Part shown: piece after piece, positions 49,055-58,769 of the stretch
How positions within the stretch are numbered: the first letter of the stretch is position 1
Layout: the number at the start of each line of letters is the position of its first letter
DNA from: an uncultured Collinsella sp.
Lineage (GTDB): Bacteria > Actinomycetota > Coriobacteriia > Coriobacteriales > Coriobacteriaceae
Length of the DNA stretch: 64,000 nt
Direction: 5' to 3'
NCBI GenBank assembly: GCA_958370785.1
Contig: CATXKN010000010.1
Span: 7,035-71,034, forward strand
Notes under the pieces: generated by a model
Database searches by the model: none
What the model was told of the DNA's origin: nothing
What the model saw: only the letters and a program-made list of their open reading frames with translations
Translations under genes and position numbers: made by a program

Positions 49055-51310
49055 GTGAGCGATACAAAGCTAAAGCCAGCAACCAAAAAGCCTGCTACCC
49101 GTAAAGCCGCCCCGCACGCGCCGGAGCTCACCAAGGACGATGTCTATCTGTTTGGCATCGGTACGTGGGAGCGCAGCTGGGAAAAGATGGGCGCGCACCC
49201 CGACACGCAGAACCGTACGCGCGGCTGGCGTTTTTGCGTTTGGGCGCCCGACGTAAAGAGCGTTCACGTCATTGGCGAATTTAACGACTGGGACGAGCAA
49301 GCCAACCCGCTGGTACCCATGCATACGAGCGCTATTTGGGAAGGCTTTATTCCTGGCGCCGAGCAGGGCCAGCTCTATAAGTATCTCATCGAGACCAACG
49401 AGGGTGAAAAGCTCTACAAGGCCGATCCGTACGCCTTTAAGGCCGAGTGCCCTCCGGGTACCGCGAGCGTGCTGTGGACGCTCGATGGCTACAAGTGGAA
49501 CGACGCCGCATGGCTCAAGCGCCGCGCCAGCCATAACCACATGTCGCAGCCCCTTAACATCTACGAGGTGCATATTGGCTCGTGGAAGCGCCACGGTGAC
49601 GCGCCGCAGGGCGAGCCCGACGAGTACGGCAACTACCCCGGCCCCATGGATCCCTTCCCCGCGCAGCGCGGCGAGTTTTACACCTACGACGACCTGTCGG
49701 TGGAGCTCGTGGACTACGTGCGTGACATGGGCTACACGCATATCGAGGTCATGCCGCTTATGGAGCATCCCTTCGATGGCTCCTGGGGCTACCAAACGAC
49801 CGGCTACTACGCCGCCACGTCGCGCTACGGCAACCCCCAGCAGCTCATGCACTTTATCGATGCGTGCCACGAGGCGGGCATCGGCGTGATCATGGACTGG
49901 GTTCCCGGCGGTTTTTGCGCCGACTCCCACGGCCTTGCCACCTTTAACGGCCATATGCTGTTTGAGCACGAGATTCACCCCAACTGGGGCACGCACAAGT
50001 TTGACTTCGCCCGCGGCGAGGTCCGCTCCTTCCTGGTTTCCAACGTGCTGTACTGGCTCGAGAACTTCCACGTGGACGGTATTCGCATGGACGGCGTGTC
50101 CAGCATGCTGTACCTCAATTTTGGCATCGACGATCCCGGCCAAAAGAAGTTCAACAAGTACGGTACCGAGGAGGACCTGGACGCCAGCGCGTTTATTCGT
50201 CAGGTCAACTGCGCTGTAGAGGCGCACTACCCCGACGTGATGATGATGGCCGAGGAGTCCACCGCTTGGCCGCTCGTGACCTATCCGCCGCAGGACGGCG
50301 GCCTGGGCTTCCACTACAAGTGGGACATGGGCTGGATGAACGATACCCTGCACTACATGCAGACCGATTTTCCGTGGCGCCCCGGCAACCACGGGCTGCT
50401 CACGTTCTCCATCATGTATGCCTTTACCGAGAACTTTATCTGCCCGCTGAGCCACGACGAAGTCGTGCACGGCAAGTGCTCGCTCATCGGCCGCATGCCG
50501 GGCGACTGGTGGCGCCAGTTTGCCGGCCTGCGCACACTCGCCTTCTACCAGATGACGCACCCCGGTGCCAAGCTCAACTTTATGGGAAACGAGATCGGCC
50601 AGTTTATTGAGTGGCGCTACTACGAGTCCATCCAGTGGTTCCTGACCGAGGAGTACGAGACCCACCGTCATCATCAGGCGTTCATCAAGGCGCTCAACCA
50701 CCTGTACACCGCCGAGCCCGCCCTGTACGAGCGCGGCTACACCGACGACGGCTTTACCTGGATCGATGCGGACAACTCCAAGCAGTCCATCGTGAGCTTT
50801 GTGCGCCAGGGCGAGGATGTCGTTGACGACCTGGTGATCCTGATCAACTTTGACCCGGCGAGCTACGAGAGCTTCCGTGTGGGCGTGCCGCGCGAGGGTG
50901 ACTGGGAGGTCATCTTCGATTCCGACCGTCCCGAGTTTGGCGGCAGCGGATATGCCGGCGAGGAGCCCTACACCTGCTCGAGCGAGCCCTATCCCTGGAA
51001 CGGGCAGATGGACTCCATCGAGATCAAGGTGCCCGGCCTGGCTGGCGTGGTGCTTAAGCGCCGCGGTCCCAGCAGCTATAAGCCGCCCGTGGTCGAGGAG
51101 CCCAAGAAGGCGACGCGTAAGCGCACGTCCTCGGTAAAGCCCAAGCCCGCGGCTGCTAAGAAGGCTCCGGCCAAGGCGAAGGCTACGACGGCCAAGGCCA
51201 AGGCTGCCGCAAAGCCCGCCGCTAAGGCCGCAGCCAAGAAGTCGGCTGCCAAAAAGGGCGCTACCAAGGCAAAGTCTGCTCCTGTTAAGCCATCTGCCAA
51301 CGATGCGTAA
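49055..51310 (+). CDS. glgB: 1,4-alpha-glucan branching enzyme with K/A-rich C-terminal tail
   Basis: VWAP, IYEVH, SWGYQ, GIRMDGV, AEES, LSHDEVVHGK; start uncertain. Confidence 0.95.
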   Translation: MSDTKLKPATKKPATRKAAPHAPELTKDDVYLFGIGTWERSWEKMGAHPDTQNRTRGWRFCVWAPDVKSVHVIGEFNDWDEQANPLVPMHTSAIWEGFIPGAEQGQLYKYLIETNEGEKLYKADPYAFKAECPPGTASVLWTLDGYKWNDAAWLKRRASHNHMSQPLNIYEVHIGSWKRHGDAPQGEPDEYGNYPGPMDPFPAQRGEFYTYDDLSVELVDYVRDMGYTHIEVMPLMEHPFDGSWGYQTTGYYAATSRYGNPQQLMHFIDACHEAGIGVIMDWVPGGFCADSHGLATFNGHMLFEHEIHPNWGTHKFDFARGEVRSFLVSNVLYWLENFHVDGIRMDGVSSMLYLNFGIDDPGQKKFNKYGTEEDLDASAFIRQVNCAVEAHYPDVMMMAEESTAWPLVTYPPQDGGLGFHYKWDMGWMNDTLHYMQTDFPWRPGNHGLLTFSIMYAFTENFICPLSHDEVVHGKCSLIGRMPGDWWRQFAGLRTLAFYQMTHPGAKLNFMGNEIGQFIEWRYYESIQWFLTEEYETHRHHQAFIKALNHLYTAEPALYERGYTDDGFTWIDADNSKQSIVSFVRQGEDVVDDLVILINFDPASYESFRVGVPREGDWEVIFDSDRPEFGGSGYAGEEPYTCSSEPYPWNGQMDSIEIKVPGLAGVVLKRRGPSSYKPPVVEEPKKATRKRTSSVKPKPAAAKKAPAKAKATTAKAKAAAKPAAKAAAKKSAAKKGATKAKSAPVKPSANDA

Positions 51311-51404
51311 CAAAAGCGTTACAGCTGTAATTACCCGCCCCGCGGGGGCGTAGGATACAAGTCATAACCGTTCCGGGAGAAACATCCCCGGGGGAAAGGA
51401 ACGT

Positions 51405-53831
51405 ATGAATAAGATCTTCGACAACAAGCAGGAGTTTACCGAGCTCTATCGCGATGCCGTCATGAGCATTAGCGGCAAGAGTGTCGAGGCTGCCAGCGAC
51501 CTGGACCGCTTTAACGCCCTGGCCAAGCTCGTGGCCGAGAAGGCACGCACCGTTGCCACCAAGAGCGACGCCCGCGTGACCGCCGAGGGCAAGAAGCGCG
51601 TGTACTACTTCTCGATCGAGTTTTTGATCGGCCGCCTGCTCGACAACTACCTGCTCAACTTTGGCGTGCGCGACATGGTCGCCGAGGCGCTCGACGACAT
51701 GGGCTTTGATCTGTCCGTCATCGAGAACCAGGAGCCCGATCCGGCGCTGGGCAACGGTGGCCTGGGCCGTCTGGCCGCGTGCTTCCTGGATTCCATGGCA
51801 GCCGAGGGCATCGCCGGCTACGGCAACGGTATGCGCTACCGCTACGGCCTGTTTAAGCAGGAGATCGTCAACGGCAGCCAGGTCGAGGCCACCGACGAGT
51901 GGCTCACCCACGGCTATCCCTGGGAGGTCCGTCGTCAGGACAAGGCCGTGACCATTAAGTTTGGTGGCCACGTCGAGGGCTTTGAGGAGAACGGCCGCAC
52001 GTTCTACCGCACGGTGGACACGCAGGACATCCTGGCCGTCCCCTACGACATCCCCGTGGTGGGCTATGCCGGCGAGACCGTCAACAAGCTGCGCGTATGG
52101 GCTGCCGAGCCGGTCGAGGAGCACTTTGACCTGGAGGCCTTTAACCGCGGCGACTACGCCCTAGCCGATGCCGAGCGCGCCGAGGCCGAGGCTATCAGCG
52201 CCATCCTCTACCCCAACGACGCCGGCGAGCACGGCCGTCTGCTGCGCCTGAAGCAGGAGTACCTGTTTGTCTCGGCCGGCATCTACAGTCTGCTCGACAC
52301 CTTTGAGAAGGAGCACGGCGAGAACTGGGAGCTGCTGCCGCAGTTTGTGGCCATCCACACCAACGACACGCACCCCGCCATGTGCGGCCCCGAGCTCATG
52401 CGCATCCTCATCGACGAGAAGAAGCTCGAGTGGGATGACGCCTGGAACATCGTGACGCAGGTCGTGAGCTACACCAACCACACCATCCTGCCCGAGGCTC
52501 TGGAGAAGTGGCCCATCGGCACGTTCTCCAAGCTGCTCCCCCGCGTGTACCAGATCATCGACGAGATCAGCCGTCGTTGGCACGAGTCGTTCGACACCAC
52601 GCAGGAGGGCTGGCAGGAGCGTCTGCGCCAGACCGCCATCCTGTGGGACGGCGAGATTCGCATGGCCAACCTGTCTGTGATCTGCAGCCACAGCGTCAAC
52701 GGCGTGGCAAAGATCCACTCCGACATCATCAAGAACATCGTGCTCAAGGACTTCTATGCCCTGACGCCCGAGAAGTTCAACAACAAGACCAACGGCATCT
52801 CGCACCGTCGCTTCTTTGCCGAGGCCAACCCCACCTATGCCAAGCTCGTGACCGAGGCCATTGGCGACGGCTGGCTCAAAGACGCCTTTGAGCTGGAGAA
52901 ACTCAAGGATTTCCAGAACGACACCGAGTTCCTGAAGGCCGTGGGTGCCTCCAAGCGCGCCAACAAGGAGCTCCTGGCCGCCTACGTTAAGGCCGAGACC
53001 GGTCTGGTTATCGACCCCAACACCGTCTTCGATGTTCAGGTAAAGCGCTTCCACGCCTACAAGCGCCAGCTCATGAACATCATGAAGGTGATGGACATCT
53101 ACAACCGTCGCATCGCCAATCCCAACTTCCACGTGACGCCGACGACCTTCATCTTTAGCGGCAAGGCTGCCTCGAGCTACACCTTTGCCAAGGAGACCAT
53201 CCGCCTGATCAACTCGGTGGCCGAGGCCATCAATAACGACCCACGCGTCAACGAGGTCATGAAGGTCTGCTTTATCCCCAACTTCCGCGTGAGTAACGCC
53301 CAGCTCATCTACCCCGCCGCCGAGATCTCGGAGCAGATCTCCACGGCCGGCAAGGAGGCCTCGGGCACGTCCAACATGAAGCTCATGATGAACGGCGCCA
53401 TTACGCTGGGCACCCTCGACGGCGCCAACATCGAGATCGCCGACCTGGCCGGCCGCGAGAACGAGGCCATCTTTGGCCTGACCGCTCCCGAGGTCGAGCA
53501 GCTCTGGGCATCGAACAGCTACTTTGCGTGGAATACGCTCAACAACGATCGCGACCGTCTGGGCCGCGTGATGGACGAGCTCAAGGACAACACCTTTGCG
53601 GGTCTTTCGGGCAACTTTGAGAGCATCTACAACGAGCTCATGAACAACAACGACCCCGACCTGGTCATGGCAGACTTCCGTAGCTACGTGGATGCGTGGG
53701 AGAAGCTCACGGGCAGCTACGGCGACCAGGAGACCTGGAACCGCAAGGCCCTGCTCAACACCGCCTCGAGCGGCTGGTTCTCGAGCGACCGCACCATTCG
53801 CGAGTACCGCGACGAGATCTGGCACGCGTAA
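51405..53831 (+). CDS. glgP: Glycogen/maltodextrin phosphorylase
   Basis: LGNGGLGRLAACFLDS, EASGTSNMK, FSSDRTI. Confidence 0.97.
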   Translation: MNKIFDNKQEFTELYRDAVMSISGKSVEAASDLDRFNALAKLVAEKARTVATKSDARVTAEGKKRVYYFSIEFLIGRLLDNYLLNFGVRDMVAEALDDMGFDLSVIENQEPDPALGNGGLGRLAACFLDSMAAEGIAGYGNGMRYRYGLFKQEIVNGSQVEATDEWLTHGYPWEVRRQDKAVTIKFGGHVEGFEENGRTFYRTVDTQDILAVPYDIPVVGYAGETVNKLRVWAAEPVEEHFDLEAFNRGDYALADAERAEAEAISAILYPNDAGEHGRLLRLKQEYLFVSAGIYSLLDTFEKEHGENWELLPQFVAIHTNDTHPAMCGPELMRILIDEKKLEWDDAWNIVTQVVSYTNHTILPEALEKWPIGTFSKLLPRVYQIIDEISRRWHESFDTTQEGWQERLRQTAILWDGEIRMANLSVICSHSVNGVAKIHSDIIKNIVLKDFYALTPEKFNNKTNGISHRRFFAEANPTYAKLVTEAIGDGWLKDAFELEKLKDFQNDTEFLKAVGASKRANKELLAAYVKAETGLVIDPNTVFDVQVKRFHAYKRQLMNIMKVMDIYNRRIANPNFHVTPTTFIFSGKAASSYTFAKETIRLINSVAEAINNDPRVNEVMKVCFIPNFRVSNAQLIYPAAEISEQISTAGKEASGTSNMKLMMNGAITLGTLDGANIEIADLAGRENEAIFGLTAPEVEQLWASNSYFAWNTLNNDRDRLGRVMDELKDNTFAGLSGNFESIYNELMNNNDPDLVMADFRSYVDAWEKLTGSYGDQETWNRKALLNTASSGWFSSDRTIREYRDEIWHA

Positions 53832-53938
53832 AGGCCGCGAGCTCCCCTATGCCAGCACGGCATTACTCGACGGGCGTGACGTTGCGCCGCGCCCGTCGCT
53901 AATGGGTTTAGGAACATCGATGACAGAAGGAGAAATCG

Positions 53939-55087
53939 ATGAGTAAGAAAGAATGCATCGCGATGCTCCTCGCAGGAGGACAGGGCAGCCGATTGGGGGC
54001 ACTCACCCAAAAGATCGCTAAGCCGGCGGTTAGCTTTGGTGGCAAGTTCCGCATTATCGACTTTTCGCTCTCCAACTGCTCCAACTCGGGCATCGACACG
54101 GTGGGCGTTCTGACGCAGTATCGCCCCTACCTGCTGCATGCCTACGTGGGCTCCGGCGAGGCTTGGGATCTGGACAGCCGCGACGGCGGCGTTTCGATCC
54201 TGCCGCCGTACGAGACGCAGACCGGCGGCGCATGGTATGCGGGCACGGCCGACGCCATTACGCAGAACCTCGACTACATCAAAGCCAACGACCCCAAGTA
54301 CGTCCTGATTCTTTCGGGCGATCACCTGTATCGCATGGACTACCGCAAGATGCTCAAGACGCACATTGAGAACAACGCCGACCTCACTGTGAGCGTTATG
54401 CCCGTGCCGTGGGAAGAGGCCAGCCGCTTTGGCATCCTGACCACCGACCCCGAGGACGGCCGCATCACCAAGTTCACCGAGAAGCCCGATAAGCCCGATT
54501 CGAATCTCGCATCCATGGGCATCTACATCTTCTCGGCCGACGTGCTGATCGAGGCGCTCGAAGAGGACGCTCTAGACCAGCGCTCGAGCCACGACTTTGG
54601 CAAGGACATCATCCCCAAGCTGCTCGGCGAGGGCAAGCGCCTGTACAGCTACGAGTTCCACGGCTTTTGGAAGGACGTCGGCACCATCGCCAGCTTCCAC
54701 GAGACCTCGATGGACCTGCTGGGCAACAACCCCGAGTTCGATTTGTTCGACAAGCACTTCCCCATCATGTCCAACATCACCACGCGTCCGCCGCACTACA
54801 TTGGTCCGGACGGCCGCCTGGACGACTGCCTGGTCTCCAACGGCTGCAAGATCTACGGCACCGCGCGCCACTCAATCCTTTCGACCGATGTCATCATCGA
54901 GGAGCGCGCCGTGGTCGAGGACTCCGTGCTGCTGCCGGGCGCGCACGTTAAGAGCGGTGCGCACATCTGCCGCGCTATTTTGGGCGAGAACTCCACGGTC
55001 GAAGAGGGCGTGAAGCTCGGCTCTGTCGATACCACCAAGGATACGGCCGTCGTTGGAAATGACGTCGTTATCGGGAAGGGGGAATGA
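53939..55087 (+). CDS. glgC: Glucose-1-phosphate adenylyltransferase
   Basis: [38 protein letters not shown]. Confidence 0.96.
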   Translation: MSKKECIAMLLAGGQGSRLGALTQKIAKPAVSFGGKFRIIDFSLSNCSNSGIDTVGVLTQYRPYLLHAYVGSGEAWDLDSRDGGVSILPPYETQTGGAWYAGTADAITQNLDYIKANDPKYVLILSGDHLYRMDYRKMLKTHIENNADLTVSVMPVPWEEASRFGILTTDPEDGRITKFTEKPDKPDSNLASMGIYIFSADVLIEALEEDALDQRSSHDFGKDIIPKLLGEGKRLYSYEFHGFWKDVGTIASFHETSMDLLGNNPEFDLFDKHFPIMSNITTRPPHYIGPDGRLDDCLVSNGCKIYGTARHSILSTDVIIEERAVVEDSVLLPGAHVKSGAHICRAILGENSTVEEGVKLGSVDTTKDTAVVGNDVVIGKGE

Positions 55088-55091
55088 TCCG

Positions 55092-56219
55092 ATGATCAAT
55101 CGCAAGGCCATCGGTTATATCACCGCTAACTACTCTTCGACCTACGGCAGTGTGCTGCTCAAGGACCGCCCCATCGCGTCCGTTCCGTTTTTGGGCCGCT
55201 ACCGCCTGATCGACTTCCCGCTGTCCAACATGATGAATGCCGGCATTAAGACCGTCGGCGTCGTCATGCCGGGCAATTACCGCTCGCTGATCGACCACGT
55301 GGGTTCGGGCAAGGACTGGGGCCTGGACCGCAAGAAGGGCGGCCTGTTCATGGTGCCCGGCAACGCGTATGGCACCACCAAGGGCGGCATGCGCTTCCTG
55401 CTGCGCGACATCATCTCCAATAAGACGCTGTTCCAGCGCTCGGACAAGCCCTATGTTGTGATGATGGGCACCAACATCATCTTTAACATGGACCTCAACA
55501 CCATCATCGACGCGCACGAGAACTCCGGTGCCCAGATGACCGTGGTGTACTGCAAGGCCACGCGCAACGTCGATGACGAGACCAAGCTCGAGATTAACGA
55601 GAACGGTCGCCTGACGGGCGTGAGCGCTGGCGTCGTGTACGGCGACAACGCCTCTATGGACTGCTGCATCGTCAACCGCGATACGCTGCTCGAGATCATC
55701 GACCACTACCAGGCCGCCGACTATCTGGACCTGCTCGAGGCACTCCAGGGCGACTTTGGCAACATCGACGTGTGCAGCTACGAGTACAAGGGCGAGGTCG
55801 TAGGCGTGTTTAGCGAGAAGTCGCTGTATCGCCGCAGCATGGACCTGCTCGACCAGACCGTGGCCGACCATCTCTTCGATCCCGAGCGCCCGATCCTGAC
55901 CAAGGCTCACGACGTGCCGCCTTCGCGCTATGCGACCGGCAGCCACGCGTGCAACTCGATCATCTCGGCCGGCTGCATCATCAAGGGCACCGTGCGTAAT
56001 TCGATCCTGTCGCGTGGCGTTGTGGTCGAGGAAGGCGCTTCGGTGACTAACTCGATCATCAACCAGAGCTGCATCATCAAGAGCGGCGCACGCGTCGAGA
56101 ACGCCATTCTGGACAAGAACAACGTGGTTCCCACCAACACCGAGCTTCGCGGCACGCCCGAGAACATCCTGGTGCTGGGCAAGGCTCCGTTAACTTCCGA
56201 CACCACCATCGTACGTTAA
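55092..56219 (+). CDS. glgD: ADP-glucose pyrophosphorylase subunit GlgD
   Basis: RPIASVPFLGRYRLIDFPLSN, SLIDHVGSGKDWGLDRK. Confidence 0.92.
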   Translation: MINRKAIGYITANYSSTYGSVLLKDRPIASVPFLGRYRLIDFPLSNMMNAGIKTVGVVMPGNYRSLIDHVGSGKDWGLDRKKGGLFMVPGNAYGTTKGGMRFLLRDIISNKTLFQRSDKPYVVMMGTNIIFNMDLNTIIDAHENSGAQMTVVYCKATRNVDDETKLEINENGRLTGVSAGVVYGDNASMDCCIVNRDTLLEIIDHYQAADYLDLLEALQGDFGNIDVCSYEYKGEVVGVFSEKSLYRRSMDLLDQTVADHLFDPERPILTKAHDVPPSRYATGSHACNSIISAGCIIKGTVRNSILSRGVVVEEGASVTNSIINQSCIIKSGARVENAILDKNNVVPTNTELRGTPENILVLGKAPLTSDTTIVR

Positions 56220-56309
56220 CGTTGGCACCGCAACATCGCTCGTAACATGCAGAATAGCCGCCCGGTTAGCGCCAGGCGGCTATTCTCGAATTGCAACATG
56301 GGAGACAAT

Positions 56310-58550
56310 ATGGCAGATTCCAGCAAAAAGATGCAGATCGTGTTTGCCTCGGCCGAGTGCGCACCGTTTGTTAAGACCGGTGGCCTGGGTGACGTGGCGG
56401 GCTCGCTGCCTGCGGCGCTCGTGCGCGCCGGCGCCGAGGTTATCGTAATGGTGCCCAAGTACGCCACCATCAAGGACGAGTACAAGGCGCAGATGGAGCA
56501 CTTTGCCGACTTTTACGTGAGCCTGGGCTGGCGCAACGAGTACTGCGGGCTGGAGAAGCTCGAGCACGACGGCGTCACCTATATGTTCGTGGACAACGAG
56601 CGCTACTTTGCGCGCGATTATCCGTACGGCTTTTTTGACGACGGCGAGCGCTTCGCGTTCTTCTCCAAGGCCATTACCGAGAGCCTGCAGCACCTGCCCG
56701 AGGGCTTTGAGTGCGACATCCTGCACTGCAACGACTGGCAGACGGCACTGGCGCCCTTGTTCTTGCGCGAGTTCTACCAGGGCCTGCCGCTGTACGACCG
56801 CGTCAAGACTGTGTTCTCGATCCACAACGTGGCGTTCCAGGGCCAGTTTAGCGACACCGTGATGGAGGACATCCTGGGTGTGGCGCATATTCCCGCGGCC
56901 GCCACGCAGTTGCGCTGCGACGCCTGCAGCATCAACTACATGCTGGGCGCGCTGCACTATGCCGATGCCATCACCACGGTGAGCCCCACCTACGCGGGCG
57001 AGATCCAGACGCCCGAGTTTGGCGAGGGCCTGGACGGCGTACTGCGCGAGCGCTCCTACGCACTGCAGGGCATCCTCAACGGCATTGACGTGGCGGCCTT
57101 TGACCCGGCAACCGACAAGCGCATTGCCGCCAACTACACGGTTGACGACCGTTCCGGCAAGGCCGTGTGCAAGGCCAAGCTGCAGGAAGAGCTGGGGCTC
57201 GAGGTTCGCGACGACCGCCCGCTTATGGTGATGGTCACGCGCCTGACGCGCCAGAAGGGCATGGACCTGGTCATGTACGCGCTCGACCGCATCCTGGCCG
57301 GCGGCGTTCAGGTGGCCGTGCTGGGCACCGGCGACCGCGACTACGAGGACGGTCTGCGCTACTTCCAGGACAAGTACCCCGGCACCATGGCCGCGCGCAT
57401 CGAGTTTGACCCGGCGCTGTCGCAGCGCATGTACGCCGCCGCCGACATATTCCTGATGCCTTCGAAGTTTGAGCCCTGCGGCCTGTCGCAGATCATCGCC
57501 ATGCGCTACGGCACCCTGCCCATCGTGCGCGAGACCGGTGGCCTGAAGGACACCGTGCGGCCGTACAACGAGTTTACCGGCGAGGGCACGGGCTTCTCGT
57601 TTAGCAACTTTAACGGCGACGAGATGGGCGACGCCGTGTTCCGCGCGGCACGCCTGTTCTGGGATAACCGCGAGGCATGGAACCAGCTGGTCACGCAGGC
57701 CATGAGCCAGGACTTTAGCTGGACGCGCTCGGCCGACAAGTATCTGGACCTGTACTTCTTTATGCACCCGGAGATTGAGCGCCCGGCGGCGGTTGTCGAC
57801 GAGCCTGTGGTTGTGGCCGAGCCTGAGCCCAAGGCCGAGCCGGTTGTTGAGGCGCCCGCTGCTGCTGAGGAGCCCAAGGCTGAGGAGAAGCCGGTTGAGG
57901 CTAAATCTGAGGTGAAGGCTGAGGCAGCACCCGAGGCCGAGGAAAAGCCGGCTGCGAAGCCTGCCGCCAAGAAGACCACGACGCGCAAGACGACGGCCAA
58001 GAAGGCTACGACAACCAAGGCCACTGCGACTAAGGCCGCCGCAGCAAAGACGACTGCTGCCAAGGCAACGACGACGCGCAAGCGCACGACCGCCGCTGCT
58101 AAGAAGGCCGCCGAGGTCGAGGCTGCTCCCGAGGTAAAGGCCGAGACCGCCGAGGCTAAGCCTGCGGCAAAGGCTCCGTCCAAGACCGCTGCCAAGAAGA
58201 CGACCGCGACCAAGAGCACGGCCGCCAAGAAGGCTACGACAACCAAATCGACGAACGCCAAGGCCGCTGCAACGAAGGCTGCCGCCAAGCCGGCCGCCAA
58301 GGTCGAGGAGACGCCTGCCGAGTCCAAGACGAAGGCAACTGTCGAGGCCAAGCCCGCCGCCAAGACCACCACGCGAAAGCGCACGACGGCAGCCAAGAAG
58401 ACCACGGCAAAGGCCGCAACTCCCAAGGCAGAGACTAAGCCCGAGCCCGCCAAGGAGACCCCGGTCTCCCCCGCCGCTCCGGCAGCGGAAAAGGCCCCGA
58501 CCAAGAAGACCTCCGTCCGCAAGGCAACGGCCACCCGCAAGCGCCGCTAG
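56310..58550 (+). CDS. glgA: Glycogen synthase with long low-complexity tail
   Basis: KTGGLGDV, HCNDWQT, GILNGID, EPCGLSQ; ~260-aa E/P-rich then K/A/T-rich tail. Confidence 0.95.
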   Translation: MADSSKKMQIVFASAECAPFVKTGGLGDVAGSLPAALVRAGAEVIVMVPKYATIKDEYKAQMEHFADFYVSLGWRNEYCGLEKLEHDGVTYMFVDNERYFARDYPYGFFDDGERFAFFSKAITESLQHLPEGFECDILHCNDWQTALAPLFLREFYQGLPLYDRVKTVFSIHNVAFQGQFSDTVMEDILGVAHIPAAATQLRCDACSINYMLGALHYADAITTVSPTYAGEIQTPEFGEGLDGVLRERSYALQGILNGIDVAAFDPATDKRIAANYTVDDRSGKAVCKAKLQEELGLEVRDDRPLMVMVTRLTRQKGMDLVMYALDRILAGGVQVAVLGTGDRDYEDGLRYFQDKYPGTMAARIEFDPALSQRMYAAADIFLMPSKFEPCGLSQIIAMRYGTLPIVRETGGLKDTVRPYNEFTGEGTGFSFSNFNGDEMGDAVFRAARLFWDNREAWNQLVTQAMSQDFSWTRSADKYLDLYFFMHPEIERPAAVVDEPVVVAEPEPKAEPVVEAPAAAEEPKAEEKPVEAKSEVKAEAAPEAEEKPAAKPAAKKTTTRKTTAKKATTTKATATKAAAAKTTAAKATTTRKRTTAAAKKAAEVEAAPEVKAETAEAKPAAKAPSKTAAKKTTATKSTAAKKATTTKSTNAKAAATKAAAKPAAKVEETPAESKTKATVEAKPAAKTTTRKRTTAAKKTTAKAATPKAETKPEPAKETPVSPAAPAAEKAPTKKTSVRKATATRKRR

Positions 58551-58587
58551 CCCGCAGACGATCTAAAACCTAATCAAAACCCTAAAC

Positions 58588-58618
58588 AAGGGGCGCTCCA
58601 ACCGGGCGCCCCTTCTCT
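58588..58618 (+). terminator. Hairpin/terminator after glgA
   Basis: AAGGGGCGCTC-loop-GGGCGCCCCTT. Confidence 0.6.
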
Positions 58619-58769
58619 GTAGATAGTTGGTAAAACGATTTTCTAGGACAACCGTTCGCCGATGGTAAACGGATGTTGTTTATACACCCTGTGTACAACA
58701 GATATACTTATATCTTGTGCGTAAAGCCCATGGCCCGCAGGCCGTGATTCTATTGAACTGGACCGTACT

